Assembly (NCBI GenBank): GCA_028023455.1
Contig: JAQFVV010000006.1
Location: forward strand, 11,966,001 to 12,030,000
Direction: 5' to 3'
Length of the DNA: 64,000 bases
Origin: Epiperipatus broadwayi
Lineage: Eukaryota > Animalia > Onychophora
Both the position numbers and the translations under genes were made by a program. The notes beneath the pieces are model-generated. The model was not told the DNA's origin. It saw only the letters and a program-made list of their open reading frames with translations, and made no database searches. Below, piece by piece: positions 40,330-53,406 of this stretch (position 1 is the first letter of the stretch; each line of letters begins with the position of its first letter).

Positions 40330-40743
40330 TATTGGATGAGTAGGCATTAGATAGGGATTTTATGCACAAGCCTTCTGGCATCCATTGATTACTCTGTTTA
40401 GCACAGGTGGCAATACTGTATGGAGAGTTTTGCTCTGTTTATCAACAATTAATGTGCTAGTATAGGAAATGTGATCATGTGATGCTTAATGGTTTAACAC
40501 CAATCCTGCCTAATAGGATAGTGGTGGCTATGGTTGTAAAAGAGCCAAAGACACCAAAATATATGGGTGCTGAACTGAGTTCAGACCCATATGACTGTTT
40601 AAGCTATTGAGCTTAGATTGAAAATATTTTATGTGTTTTCAATTTCATTCTCATAGTTTAGTAGTTAAGTAGAGATAAAAGGTGGTTGCTAGAGGGTTGC
40701 ATTAGATCCTAAGATCTAGATGCAGTGCTCTCAGATCCAAAGC

Positions 40744-40785
40744 TCCTCACTGACGAAGGCCACAAGCCAGAAACTAGTCTGGGGA
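40744..40785 (+). ncRNA. Type I hammerhead ribozyme, family 1
   Basis: TCCTCA-CTGACGA-AGGCCACAAGCCA-GAAAC-TA-GTC-TGGGGA, 456 bp from the previous copy. Confidence 0.8.
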
Positions 40786-40963
40786 TATTGGATGAGTAGG
40801 CATTAGATAGGGATTTTATGCACAAGCCTTCTGGCATCCATTGATTACTCTGTTTAGCACAGGTGGCAATACTGTATGGAGAGTTTTGCTCTGTTTATCA
40901 ACAATTAATGTGCTAGTATAGGAAATGTGATCATGTGATGCTTAATGGTTTTAGATTAAAGAT

Positions 40964-41810
40964 GAGCAGATTGATAGATAGACTGACAGAAAAACAGAGA
41001 GATAGAATGCAGATAGAAAAATAGATAGATAGACATATAATCAGAAAGAGGCATATGGAAATAAGCAGATAGAGATCAAGTAGATAGATAGGTAAACAAC
41101 ATACTAATAAATAAATGAAGGTAGATAAATATATAGATAACTTATAGATAAATAAGTAGATAAAGGTAGATTGATAGACATATATAGACAAAGAGATAGA
41201 TAAATAGACTGATAAAGAGGAAAGCAGAGAATTGAAAAATAAATGGATAGACAAGTAATAAAAAAAAAAGACACTGATAAACAGGAAATCATACATATAT
41301 ATAGACAACATATAAATAGATAGATATATAGTTAACATATATATATATATAGACAGATAAAAATATAGATAGACAACATACATACATACATACATACATA
41401 CATACAGATAAAAATATAGATAGTCAGATAAATGGATAAGTAGATGGATAAATACAGATAAAACTAAGAAATAAAAGACAGATGGAAAGAGAGATAGATT
41501 TAAATAAAAATAAACAGAAACACAGTAAGATAGATAAATAAATAGTTAGGCATACAAACCGATAGATAGATATACATACAAGTAGATATGTAGATAGACA
41601 ATCAGATAGATGAGGAGATAGATGGATAAATATGATATATAGATAGATAAATAGACAGGCAAATAGAAGACAAGTAGATGGAAAGCCAGATAGATAAAGA
41701 AAATTGGAGACAAACAGATAAATAGACAAATAAATAGATGCACAAATCGACAGACATATACATATACACAGACAGAGACAAAAAATAAATAGATGGAATG
41801 GATATATAAG
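40964..41810. repeat. Degenerate (TAGA)n/(CATA)n low-complexity tract
   Basis: GATA/TAGA-rich throughout, with perfect (CATA)n near 41378-41404. It explains the YLSI-rich minus-strand ORFs. Confidence 0.9.
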
Positions 41811-42935
41811 TAGATTCGAAATATTAGAGGTTTTCAGCTAGAATTCATGGGTTATATCTGGCCTTGGTATATTTATTCATACATCACAAATATAGATTTT
41901 TAAAAACAAAACTTTTCTATTAAAAGAAAAGCCAAAAAACTTCGTATTAAAAACAATATTTTGCCATTCATTTTAACGTTTGAATTTATTTAATGTATTT
42001 ACTTATACTTTATGTTAGAAATGATAAATATTTTTTTTGAGAAATCATTTGCTTTTATTTAATTTAAAAATTGATTAAAATGAGAATCTATGAAGCTTGT
42101 AGAAAATGTGGGGATAATATATATATGAACAATCTGAGTCACCGATAATTTCATTATCCATTATATAGCTCGCTGTCAAAAAGTTTGATGGTCCTTGCTA
42201 GAAAAATCTCTAATCTCGGTACTGTAAGAGTTAAACTTTGATAAGATATTTTTTCTGTAATTAAACAGCGAGTTTGCTGTTTCAAACAATAACGGCTACT
42301 AACTTTGGACAGTACGGTATTCATCCATTTTGAGAACTCGGTCTAAAAACTTCCTTCCATGAGGTCAACTCTTTATTATTAAAAGTTATTAGACCTCCAC
42401 CCAGCAAGAGAAGATGACTACCTGATCATTACAAACAGAGAGCTTTAGTTTCATACTGAAAGACTAAGAATTCTTAAAAGTACTGAATGTTTTTCAAACT
42501 TACAGTTGTTGTAACAAAGAGGTCAAAAGAGTTGGTTTCACTCAAATGAACTTTACTGCAAATAGAATTTTCAAATGATATTATATTTCATTTTTTTTTC
42601 TTCTCCTGCTTTTTGATTTAATTTAAAATGACGGATAACTTTCTTCTGAGGTTTTGTAAATGTCTGAAATTCAGATGTATTTTAAAAAATTTGGACATTT
42701 ATTAATAGGAAAAGTGTAACTATATCTATATAATGAATAAGCTTTGCTTATTTATATATAGTTGTAAATAAGATCTAGAATTGTTTAATTCTTTATGTGG
42801 GTCGTGTTTATTGGTAGATTAATAGTTTAAACACCACACATATGCGCGATTGATAGAGAACGTATTTGCAGTACCAAAACTAATTCCATTTGCTATATTT
42901 AAAAGCAAACTAATTTCCTTTTGTTACTAATTGTA

Positions 42936-43516
42936 AAAATATTAAAATCAACACGTTTGCTATTGTTTTAACTGAGACAATTTAAAATAATATCATATAA
43001 TTTGAAATAATATCCAAGCACTTTCGACACATGTATTCTTATAAAGGCAATTATACTAAAGAACATACTCAATAAGATATTTAAGAAAACTAGTGTGAAT
43101 ACCAGAAAGAACTAATCGGAAAACTAGTCTGTTTAGCATTAATTGTATATTGTGATCTTTTAATATAAATACGATTCCTGAATTTTACTTTTCCTATCAT
43201 GCGACTCATACATTAAAATATCAAACCTTTGGGAAATACAAATATGACCAAATATGACAGGAAACGTATTAATTAAGGAATCGTATTTAATTAAAAGATC
43301 ATAATATTCAATTAATGCTAAACAGACTAGTTTTCCGATTAGTTGTTTCTGGTCTTCACCATAGTTTTCTTAAATATTTTATTGAGTATGTTCTTTAGTA
43401 TAGTTTCCCTGATAAGAACATGTAAGTATTGTGCTTGGATAGTATTTGAAATTATATAGTATTATTTTAAATTGTCTCTGCTAAACAACAAGAGGCCTTT
43501 TGATTTTAATATTTTT
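42936..43516. mobile_element. Foldback/MITE-like long inverted repeat
   Basis: Arms about 42936-43179 and 43276-43516, for example ctaatcggaaaactagtctgtttagcattaattg / caattaatgctaaacagactagttttccgattag; spacer about 96 bp. Confidence 0.7.
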
Positions 43517-44049
43517 ATATTTAAAAGTAAAAAGCGGATTAGCAATCTGGTATGAATATTAGATATTCAAAGCCTATAATGGGTGTACCGGAAATATATA
43601 TATATATAGTATGAAAGAAATAGTCCAAGTCTTTAGATTAGACTACTTATGATCTTAAAAGTTTATATATAATAGGAACTATGCCATAAATCTGCAAATC
43701 CGATTGGTTCCGATTAATTCTAAGGAGGATTTACTTATTACATATGATATATAATGTATATGTTTGGGTGTTGAAAATTTCAATGAACATTAGTGTTTGA
43801 AAGGGATTCTATATAATATACTTATATTTAGTATATGATTTTTTTAGTTTAATTATTGATAACATATAAAGGAATTTGTAGAGATTGCAATCAGGAGATA
43901 GATTTGGTAATAGTTTTATTAAATTTGTCACTTCAACTAATATAATCATAAATTTAATGGTCATTAAATTATGAGGGTTATGCCTTGTTATTGTTCATCA
44001 TTACACTGGTCAGTGACCATTAAATTTTATTTATGAAACAGATGAACAT

Positions 44050-45050
44050 AATGACCATGGGTAGTTCTGAATCTGTTGATAGTCGTCCAATAATATATTT
44101 AGCATGATCACATCCAACTTTTACTATTGAATTTTCAAACATAAATTTATTTAAAACTCCTCATAAGAAATACATTCTTTGTATTATAAATTTTGTATTA
44201 CAGATTCATGATGGATCATCCAGAAAGGATATCTTGATTTTGAAATGAGTCTTAGATGGTTAAACTACACTTTAAGTTATTGGCAAGACTGATCTACTAA
44301 CAGCTTTTTATACATTTTCTGCAAGATGACTTCTCTTCTGATATCTAATGCAGGAATATGTAAAAAAATAGAAACCAACTACAAAGAAGTAGACTTGAGT
44401 GTAATGATAATATTTCTTATGGTAATATTTAATAGAATATCCAGAAATAATCCAGAAACTTTTTCCTCAAACAGTGGCATAGTATTCAGCAGTGAAATAA
44501 TTGCTAGGGCTAATAAAGGTGCCCAAAAAGTTCTGGCATTACAGTCCTACCTAGTGCCAGACAGCTTTCGAAGGGCATTATTTTTAGCAATTATTTTAGA
44601 TTTTATAAATAAATGCCAAACATAAGTTCGATTAAGATTTAAGGTTACTTCTAAGTAGCATAGAATAAAATTTTTCCAGTCTATTTTGCAAAAGATTATA
44701 ATCAGATTATGAGATGTTTTCCTGTTGTTCAGAAAAAAATTGATTATATGATTGTTATTGGATGATGAAGTTTAAAAAAATGTACAAACTTTTCATACCC
44801 TTATGAAGAGTCTTTCAGTTTCTGAAAAAGATTTATTTTGCAAAATCAAAGGGTTATTCTGTAAAATTTTGTATCTGCTGTGATTCATTTAGTATGATTT
44901 GAATTTTGTTATTGGAAAGCATTTTGTCAAGAAAATTGTTTCCGGGCATTTATAGACTTCTAAAAACTTCTAGCATTTTTAAGAAAAATTGTAATTATTC
45001 TTACATGTGATCAACTGGTGACATACCTTGCATCTGGAAAAAGATAGCTA
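44050..45050 (-). mobile_element. Decayed non-LTR retrotransposon RT/thumb region (not the RTE family above)
   Basis: Minus strand reads YLEVTLNLNRTYVWHL...KNNALRKLSGT...AEYYATV...HIPALDIRREVILQKMYKKL, resembling the YLGVTLDR..RNN.LRKL.GTTWG..AEY.APVW pattern. Confidence 0.7.
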
Positions 45051-45814
45051 AGAAGCTACTCATCTAGCTAGGACTACTTTCAGGAAGATTTAACTTCCTA
45101 AACTAGAAAATTTGGAACTAAAATGGGGAGCCAGTAACAGGGTTAACTAGAGTCTTTGGCTCCCTCTAGTGGACTGAGTCCCTCTAGTGGACTCAAACTT
45201 CTAGAAGACTATTTTTCCAAATAGATCCCAAACAGGTTAGATCAATAAAAGTAGCACCAGTTTTTATTTGGATTTTTTTGAATGTAAGTTGTTAGCTTCT
45301 TGCTGGCTTGAAACCAGCCTGCTCTGTTGGTGAATAGACCTCAACTATTGGCAAAATTTTTGGTAATATGATTCTTTCAAATAGACTATAGCATACATAA
45401 TATTGGGTGCCAATATTTTGGACCAGTGCAGTCTTTATTTGATTTGAACATTGCTATAGTTCACTTTTATGCCAAATTTTTAGAATAGTTTTTATAATGT
45501 TATAATTTGGCCAAACATGCTTTGATATTAATTCCTAAATTTTTTAGAAACTCTGAAACTATGCTAATTTCTGTTTGGACTTTTTAAGACAGTCAAAGAA
45601 AACTTCAAGTTCACCACCATCTACTATTTTTGTCAGAGGAATATTGTGAAAAAAAACATGGAAATACAATTAAAACATGTGACTTTGTTATTTGCATATT
45701 CTAACTCCAAAATAAAAGAACAAAGATGAAAAACAAAAATAAAAAGTTAAAAATCAAAAAGTAAAAAAGTAGAAATAATATATATAAAAAATGTTTTTAT
45801 TCATGAGTTGATCC

Positions 45815-46120
45815 ACATCATCATTTCCCACCCACACAATCAGTGCTTAGGATATGACAATTCAATGGTATCAATGGCTGAAAAATTAGAGGGTAGAATA
45901 GATTGAAGCTTATCCATTAAAAACTGAGCACCGATTATATATATATGTGATAGATGATGATCTAGACCAACTTATGAATGCTGATTCAGCATGAGATATT
46001 TATATTGGAGATCATTTATCTTTTTCAGTTGTGTGTGGTCATGTCAATGGTTATATAAGATGGAGTGGATAACTGAAGGAATATTGAAAGCCTGTGTTCA
46101 AATCACCTTTAATTATATCT
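45815..46120. mobile_element. HHR family 2 element, decayed
   Basis: ctgagcaccgattatatatatatgtgatagatgatgatctagaccaacttatgaatgctgattcagcatg, preceded by a short inverted arm. Confidence 0.6.
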
Positions 46121-49100
46121 TAAAGTTCAGTATTTACAATATACTAGTATTGATTTATTAAAATCCAAAAAACAGTTTTTTCTTCTACCACAATTTTAGA
46201 TTTTATATGTACCTTGTAATAAAAGCAAGGGGCATTCAGATATTAATTAATTATTGATTGAATTAATTAATTTTTGACTGCTTCACACTTATTTTGAATT
46301 ATATATAAGAATCAAAATTCTGGTTGAAGACAAAAAATATGTTTTGGTTTTTAGTACATTAGTTTTAAAATTAAATAAAAATTTGTTTCTTATATAATAT
46401 TTTATGTATGTATTATTTTTCTACTTTTTAACTATTTCACAATTTTTGTAACTATTTATGTACAAATCAAAAAAAGAGCAATCTAAATAATGTTGCCATT
46501 TTTCTAATATTTGAAATAAAATTCATGCATATTTACTGTCTCATGTGTTGTCTTTTTTCTTTCTTCTCAGTTCAAGATTAACCATTATTACTTATCAGAA
46601 AATAATAAATTTGACTTCATTTAATAGATATTTTTGTTTAGTACTGAAATAAAGTGTAAATATTCACATTTTATTTCTGAAAATATTAAAAAAAAAGAAT
46701 TTTCCCCATCTTTTTAAAATTTGAATGACTATTTATGTCTTTCTCTTAAATCGAATGAATCCTACTTTAAAAGTCTAAAAAATATTTACTGTAATAGTCC
46801 ATTGTTTTCATACTCATTATAATAATTCACTGATTACATAGGAAACTGAGCCTGTAAATAGCTCTAGGGTGTATTTGAATTTTTCAAAAATATAACATTC
46901 TATTTTTAAAAATAATGTATTTCCATTCAAAATAAATTATTATTAATTTATATTATTGATTTTTAATAGTTATTGTACAATTATTGCACAAAAATAATTT
47001 TGAATTGTAATAATTTCATAAATAAACATGTTTATGATTGCTCAAACTGTTTTGTCCAAAAAAATTGTGATATCAAAAATACAAAAGTATACTTGTCAAT
47101 GTGGAGGTAAAGCTGGCTAAAACCATCTTATTACTTAAAAACATGTGAAAAGTCAGATTAACCGAATGGAGAGTTAAAAATCATTTTATTGTTTAAGATT
47201 TCATTCTTTATTTTTCTCTTTTTCTATTTTAATTAAATATAAATGCTTTTTAATAAATTAGTCATAGAATTCAATAAAAGCATATTTTAAAAATATACTG
47301 CCATCTTACTGAATCAATATTAATGCAGTTTGAAATTTGGCATGATATCATTGTTAAGATGGGAAACTCTGAAATATTGCATTGCCATCAATACCTAATA
47401 AGTATACAAAATTTGAGGGAAATATGTATGATAGAAGTATGTTAAAAATCATTTACAAGATTTGACCCAAATAACCAAGCAAACAAATAAAAGCATTTAA
47501 ATATTTCATTGTCCTTTCCAGTTTAGATATACACATACATGTAATTCAGTAAATCAATCAATAAATATCTCACTTTTTCTTTTCAAAATTGACCCACACA
47601 CTCATTTTCTTAATAATTCTGCTCTTTTACTGTATGATTCAAATTTTTTTCCATATCCATAAATGCATTGTAGTATTATACATTTCTTTTCTTTCTTCAT
47701 GCAGTTTCATTCAGTTGAAGTAAAAATCACTGGGCAAAGGAATAGACCTTGAAAATAGCCATAGGACATGATCAAACTATCCATATGTGAAATGAATAGA
47801 TGAAATAAGGAAGTTGTTAATATAATGTAAATAGAAATGATACTGGATTAAACATGGAGAGATCTTCATTTTGCAATAGATCATTAATGGTTGAAAATGA
47901 CTGTGATGATATAGGAATGTGGAACAATTTTTGGTTCATAAATAAAACAAGATTTTTTTAAAAAAAAAACTTAAGATTATTTATTTATATAAATAATTTA
48001 GAATGTATCATGTAGTGAAATTTACAGCATGGCTATAAATATAAATTTAATTATTTGTTACAATAAATAAAATTATGACAATATTTTTGACATATTGATT
48101 ATAAACATATAAACAGTTTAAAAATATGGATTTATTATACAATTTACTAAAATATACAGCATTATCATCATTTTAAACCATTATTGATCCACATTACACC
48201 AGAAAAACTTTATTTTATCCTTTCATCTCATGCATGGTATCTTTCAAGCTCTTCATATTATCATCTCTTTCTAGAAATATGTTGATAATTTATTTTGGTC
48301 TTTTAATTCTTCTAAATTATGTTAATAACTGTTTTTTGTCTCACCTATGTATTTCATTTTCGCAATCTTATTCCTAACATATACTTCTCATACTTTGTTG
48401 AGTGGTCTAAAGTTGCTGTATTATCTTTCTATTAGATATCCGAGTCTCTAATCTATAAATAAAAACTGATAAAAGATGTCTATTAAAAATATTTTCCTTC
48501 AAACCTATAAGGATATTTCCTTTTAATTTTAAGTTATTTCTGCCAAAAACACTTCATTCAAATTTAACTTTATAAATAATTTCTTTCATTGTTTTTATCT
48601 ATATTACTCATCTAAGATATTTATAATTGTTAACTTCTAATTCTTAATTATTAGCTTTGCTTTAATTTTCTATAAATATTCTATTGAACATTATTTTAGT
48701 CTTACTTTATTACTTTCATATGATGACTTTTGCAACATTTCCCAAAGCTTGGAAGAATTATTTGCAAAAACAACTACATCATTTTTAAAATCTTGTTGAC
48801 TTAAATAATTTAATTTTATTTCTTAGTTTCCAATTTTAGTCCACTAAATACTTATTTGCAAAACAGCTGTAAAAGGTATTGGAATTATTCTCTCATACAC
48901 CCTTCTTGATGTTAACCTTCTTGTTATCATTGCATACTCTTATCACTAGTATTGGGTTTTGATATTCTTCAGTATATGACACTATCCTGGGTCTACATCT
49001 TGATGATCTAAAGTTTTAATTACCATGGAAACACTTATAGAATCAAACAACTTCATAATCTAAAAATCCAAAGCATAACTGCAACTCATATCCATTGGTC

Positions 49101-49567
49101 TCTTTCTATATTTTCTCTCAATATATGAATATAATCCACTGTGCTAAAACCACTTTTAAATCCAGCTTATTCTTTTGGTTGCTTAAAATCCAAAGTCTGA
49201 CTATATGAAATGTAATTATATTGGTAAAGGTTTTGTTTAGAATTGATAGAAGATTTTTAGGTCCATATTTCTGTTATCTTTTTATTACCTTTTTCAAATT
49301 TTAATATTACTACCAAATTCTTCTAATTATCTGATACATCATTTGTCATTTAGACATATGGCCTACAGCATTGCCAACAATTTTTCTATCTTTTTTATTA
49401 TTCCCTTTAAAATATCAATAATAATGCCATCATTTCTTGAAGTATTTTCCTTCTTCTTAGGTTTGATTGCAAATCTTCTCTCTTCATTTAACCTGCTTGG
49501 CATTTTAGAAGATGTTGCAATTGTATGGAATCCCTTGTTTTCTTGTTTTTATTTACTACATACTTTT

Positions 49568-50132
49568 AAAACAGCCAAAACTCTCCATACAGTATTGCCA
49601 CTCAGTGCAAGCCAGAGTAATCAATGGATGACAGAAGGCTTGTGCATAAAATCCCCATCTAGTGCCTACTCATCCAATATCTCCTGACTAGTTTCTGGCT
49701 TGTGGCCTTCATCAGTGAGGAGCCTTGGATCTGAGAGCACTACATCTAGATCTTAGGATTTAATGCAACCCTCCAGCATCCACCATTTATCTCAACTACA
49801 AAACCATGAGTCTTAAATAGAAAAACACTAATATTTCCAATCCAAGTTCATTAGCTCATATAGTCATATAGGTCTGAACTCAGTTCAGTGCCTATACATT
49901 TTGGTGCCTTTGGTTTTTTATTAACCATAGTCACCACTATCATATTAGGCAGGATTGGTTTTAAGCCAATAAACATCACATGATCACCATTTGTTATGCT
50001 TGCTTATAACTGTTATTAAAACAGGTGAACCTCTCCATATAGTATTGCCACTCAGTGCAAGTCAGAGTGGCAATAGTATATGGAGAGTTTTGCATATTTT
50101 ACTAGCATAAGAAATGGTGATCATGTGATGTT
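49568..50132. mobile_element. HHR family 1 insertion inside the RTE
   Basis: Full antisense monomer with a minus-strand HHR at about 49681-49721, plus a short sense arm joined through GAGT microhomology. 11-bp TSD tacatactttt at 49557 and 50133. Confidence 0.88.
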
Positions 50133-50480
50133 TACATACTTTTTTATAAAACTCTTCCATAAATTTCATGATGTCAAATAGTTCCATCTTTTCTTCTTAT
50201 TACTGAAACAATTTTCCTTCCAATATGAGAATGTTGTTTTATACTTTTGATATCTTCTATAGCATTCCTTGCTAGTTTACAATTATATATTTTTTATATC
50301 ATCATTAATTATTTTTCATGCCAATTTATAAACCTTAATATTCCATTCTGCCTAATAGTTTCTTTTTTAAACTAATCTTATCACTTCTTTTCTTTATATA
50401 TTGTTCTGTAGAGAAAGTTTACTGGTAAATTGCTGCTTTTTTGTAATAACTGTTTTGTTTTTTGCAACTTTAAACTGTTT

Positions 50481-50953
50481 TAAACCATCAAACATCATAT
50501 GATCATCATTCTTTATGCTTACACAAGCTGTTTTTCATAAAGGCAAAACCCTCCATACAGTAGCGCCCCCCAGTGCAAGTCAAAGCAATCGATGGATGCA
50601 GGAAGGTTTGTGCATAAAATCCCTATCTAGTGCATACTCATCCAATATCCTCAGGCCAGTTTCTAGCTTGTGAATTTCATCAATGAGGAACCATGGATCT
50701 GAAAGGAATGCATCTAGATCTTAGGATCTATGACAATCCTCTAGCAGCCACCTTTTACTTTTTTAGGTAACTATAGCTTTTGAGTCCAAAATGAAAACAC
50801 AATAATGTTTTCAAGCCAAGCTAATTAGTTTGTATAATTGTGTAGATCTGAATTCAGTTCAGCATCCATACTTTTTGGTGTTTTTGGTAGTTTAATAACG
50901 ACATTAACCATAATTCTATTGGGCAGGATTGATATTAAACCATCAAACATCAC
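50481..50953 (-). mobile_element. HHR family 1B single monomer with terminal redundancy
   Basis: taaaccatcaaacatca occurs at 50481 and 50936 (455-bp period). The HHR core near 50648-50690 is decayed. Confidence 0.75.
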
Positions 50954-52149
50954 AGATTTCAATCAAATATGAAACACTGTTAAAGTTTATTATTTAAAAC
51001 AATGGAATATTTATGATGGTTAGGATTTGTTTTGCATGAATATGTGTCTTACATCTCATTAATCGATAACTATATTTCGTATTGAATTTAATAAGAACAT
51101 TACAATCTTAAAATACATATTATCTGATAGTCATAATCCAATTTTGCTACAAGTTTATTTAGATGTTTCTATGTCCATTTCCATTTAGAATTTTTCTTAA
51201 AAAAATTATAATATACAGTTTTTCTTTCTCGGCATACTCCACAATTCCATATCCCTCATTTCTTTCACCATATCCAAATTTACCCAGGTCACTTTTATCA
51301 GTTACTAATTCTAGCATTAAAATTTCCCACGATAATTTTAAAATATTTGGTCTGATCAAAAGTAATTTGTGCATCCATATAAAAAATTTCAACTTGTCAT
51401 TACAAATATATTGGGACATAATCTTGAATTATCTGCATTAGGTATCTCCTTATGAGAAAATTCATTGAAAATTACTTTAGTCATTTTGATATTTATCTTA
51501 TCATACTTTCTTACTTTCATCTGAACATGACTTTTATAAATATACAAAAATGTACTTAGAATGAATTGTAATCCAAAAAAGAATGTGAGATTAAAGAACA
51601 GAGGTGTGTATATTTATTTTGATTTCATCATGAGATGAGAGGATATATAAAGTCTCAATTGAAATATTAAATATGGTTAGTGTTTTAGTGTGGAAATGAG
51701 TGGCTAAGCATGCCACAACTCATAAATAAATTTAGCAGCAAGCAAAATTCCAAATTACGGATCATCTAGATGTAGCCATGGAATCAGGAAAGCTTGGTAA
51801 TATTTCTAAAAGCTGAATTTGTTTTGATAATAGCAACATTAAAAATATTTGCCACATAACAGTAGACATCATAATATGGGACAGATTCTGATAGGTTATA
51901 CCATATCTGATCTTTAATGGATTGGTCTCCACATGTTTGCATGATATAAGACAAACATTTATCAAGGAAAAATCATTCATAAAAATAGAAACCATAAAGA
52001 ATTGAACTTCAAGAAACAAATATTCAGCAAAATTGCAATTCTACAAAGTTCATCTAAAACTCATACTCTAGAATCATAGATGAAAACATTTAAATTAATT
52101 TATTCCTTATCTTTTCTTTTATTAAATTTAATTATATGTAAGTATATAG

Positions 52150-52440
52150 GTGAGAGAAGAAACAGAGATTACTGACATCAGTGAAAGAATTGATGGACTG
52201 AAGTGGAGTTGGGCTGGACATATTGCTAGAAGAGAAGATAAAAGAGGGACAGTTGAAATCTTAAACAAGATTTCAAAAAATTGTAAAAGTCCTACAAAAA
52301 GACCACATGTGAGATGGATGAATGAAGTAAGAAAGTGTGTTGGGGTGATGTGAAAAAGAGACACTAGAGATAGATCGATTGAACTTGGAGAAAACTTCAT
52401 TCTGCATGGGATCGATAATGGTTAAAATGATGATGATGAT
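52150..52440 (+). mobile_element. RTE LINE 3' fragment
   Basis: ORF LKWSWAGHIARREDKR...KRPHVRWMNEVRKC; (GAT)n tail. Confidence 0.85.
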
Positions 52441-53254
52441 CTCTTATTTCGTTTATGTTTTTAATTGTTTGATATTTAGTCTTCTTCTCTTTCTAATACT
52501 CATTCATATTTATCAGAACCATGAATTTGCACTTTATTCTGGAGAGAAAAAAGAAAGCTTGATTTGCCATTACCCATAATTCACTTCATTACTTGTTTAC
52601 CTATAGCGAAAGTCACTGTATCAGTAGATATAGCCTTTGACACAATATAATAATTTTACATGTACAGATTTTGACCCAAGATATATCAACAAAGAAATGA
52701 AGGATACCTTAAAAAATTTAATAATGATTGTATTTTACTTTTAAAACTAATAAGATGTCAACGGATTATTAATTATTTAGCTTGGGAAATGCTTGTTTGT
52801 TTGTATCCAAAGTTTTATTTAATATTTCATTAAATTAATTATTTAACTAATTTAAAAGCTTTTCTTGATTCTATTTACTATTTGAGATATATAAGAGTCA
52901 CAAATAAGAGTTGTCGTTAGATATTAAGCAAATGATAATTAACTTAAATATTCAACAAAGGTTGCATTATGGAAAATATGTGAAAATGAGGTTGAACATG
53001 CAGTAGAATGTGTTATTTATGTGCTGTCTTGGAGAAAGTGGATTAATCCTGTATAGATAAGTGATGATGATAATCAATGATTTTTGTACATTACCCAAGT
53101 GGAATTGGTGGTTTTATAATGGCACATGATGTTAAATTTTTGACTACGCTTTTGCACAATGAATGTTGTTTTTTAATCATAATTACTAATTTATTGATAC
53201 CATGTGTGGTTTGGTGTAATTCATAGAATGACTGACTTGGGATTGGAGCCCGTG

Positions 53255-53405
53255 CATGAGTTATCATAGTTGGAAAAGTGACCAATTTGGGGATCAGAGA
53301 TCCTGCACAGTTTGGCATAGTTAGTAGAGTAACCAACTTGGAATCAGAGATCCCAGGATCGAATCTGGTGTTCAAACTTCTTATGAACTCCTGAACAATA
53401 AAGCC
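53255..53405 (+). mobile_element. tRNA-derived SINE, family C, with a duplicated head segment
   Basis: tggcatagttagtagag (A-box-like), ggatcgaatct (B-box-like) and tail ttcaaacttcttatgaactcctgaacaataaagcc. Confidence 0.5.
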
Positions 53406-53406
53406 A

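Larger units (their letters stand above)
39538..40951. mobile_element. Young HHR family 1 insertion: 456-bp monomers in tandem, arranged as a large inverted repeat
   Basis: Left arm 39538-40288 (about 1.65 units) and right arm 40285-40951 (about 1.46 units) are near-identical. The junction has AGCT microhomology. 12-bp TSD tagattaaagat at 39526-39537 and 40952-40963. Confidence 0.93.
48170..51560 (-). mobile_element. Long decayed RTE LINE (APE to 3' end), interrupted by two HHR elements
   Basis: APE-like GKFGYGERNEGYGIVEYAEKEKLY (51159-51419), linker 50150-50450, NDGIIIDIL and FEKGNKK (49290-49480), then RT motifs down to a (GAT)n-like tail near 48170. Confidence 0.75.

Noticed and set aside
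36376-40951. Regularly spaced repeats as a CRISPR array
   Set aside because: Units are ~450 bp with no unique spacers and no cas genes; the context is eukaryotic.
40931-41743. ORFs of 62-154 aa on the minus strand
   Set aside because: Translation of (TAGA)n microsatellite.
44326-44625. 99-aa plus-strand ORF
   Set aside because: It is the antisense frame of the decayed LINE RT remnant.
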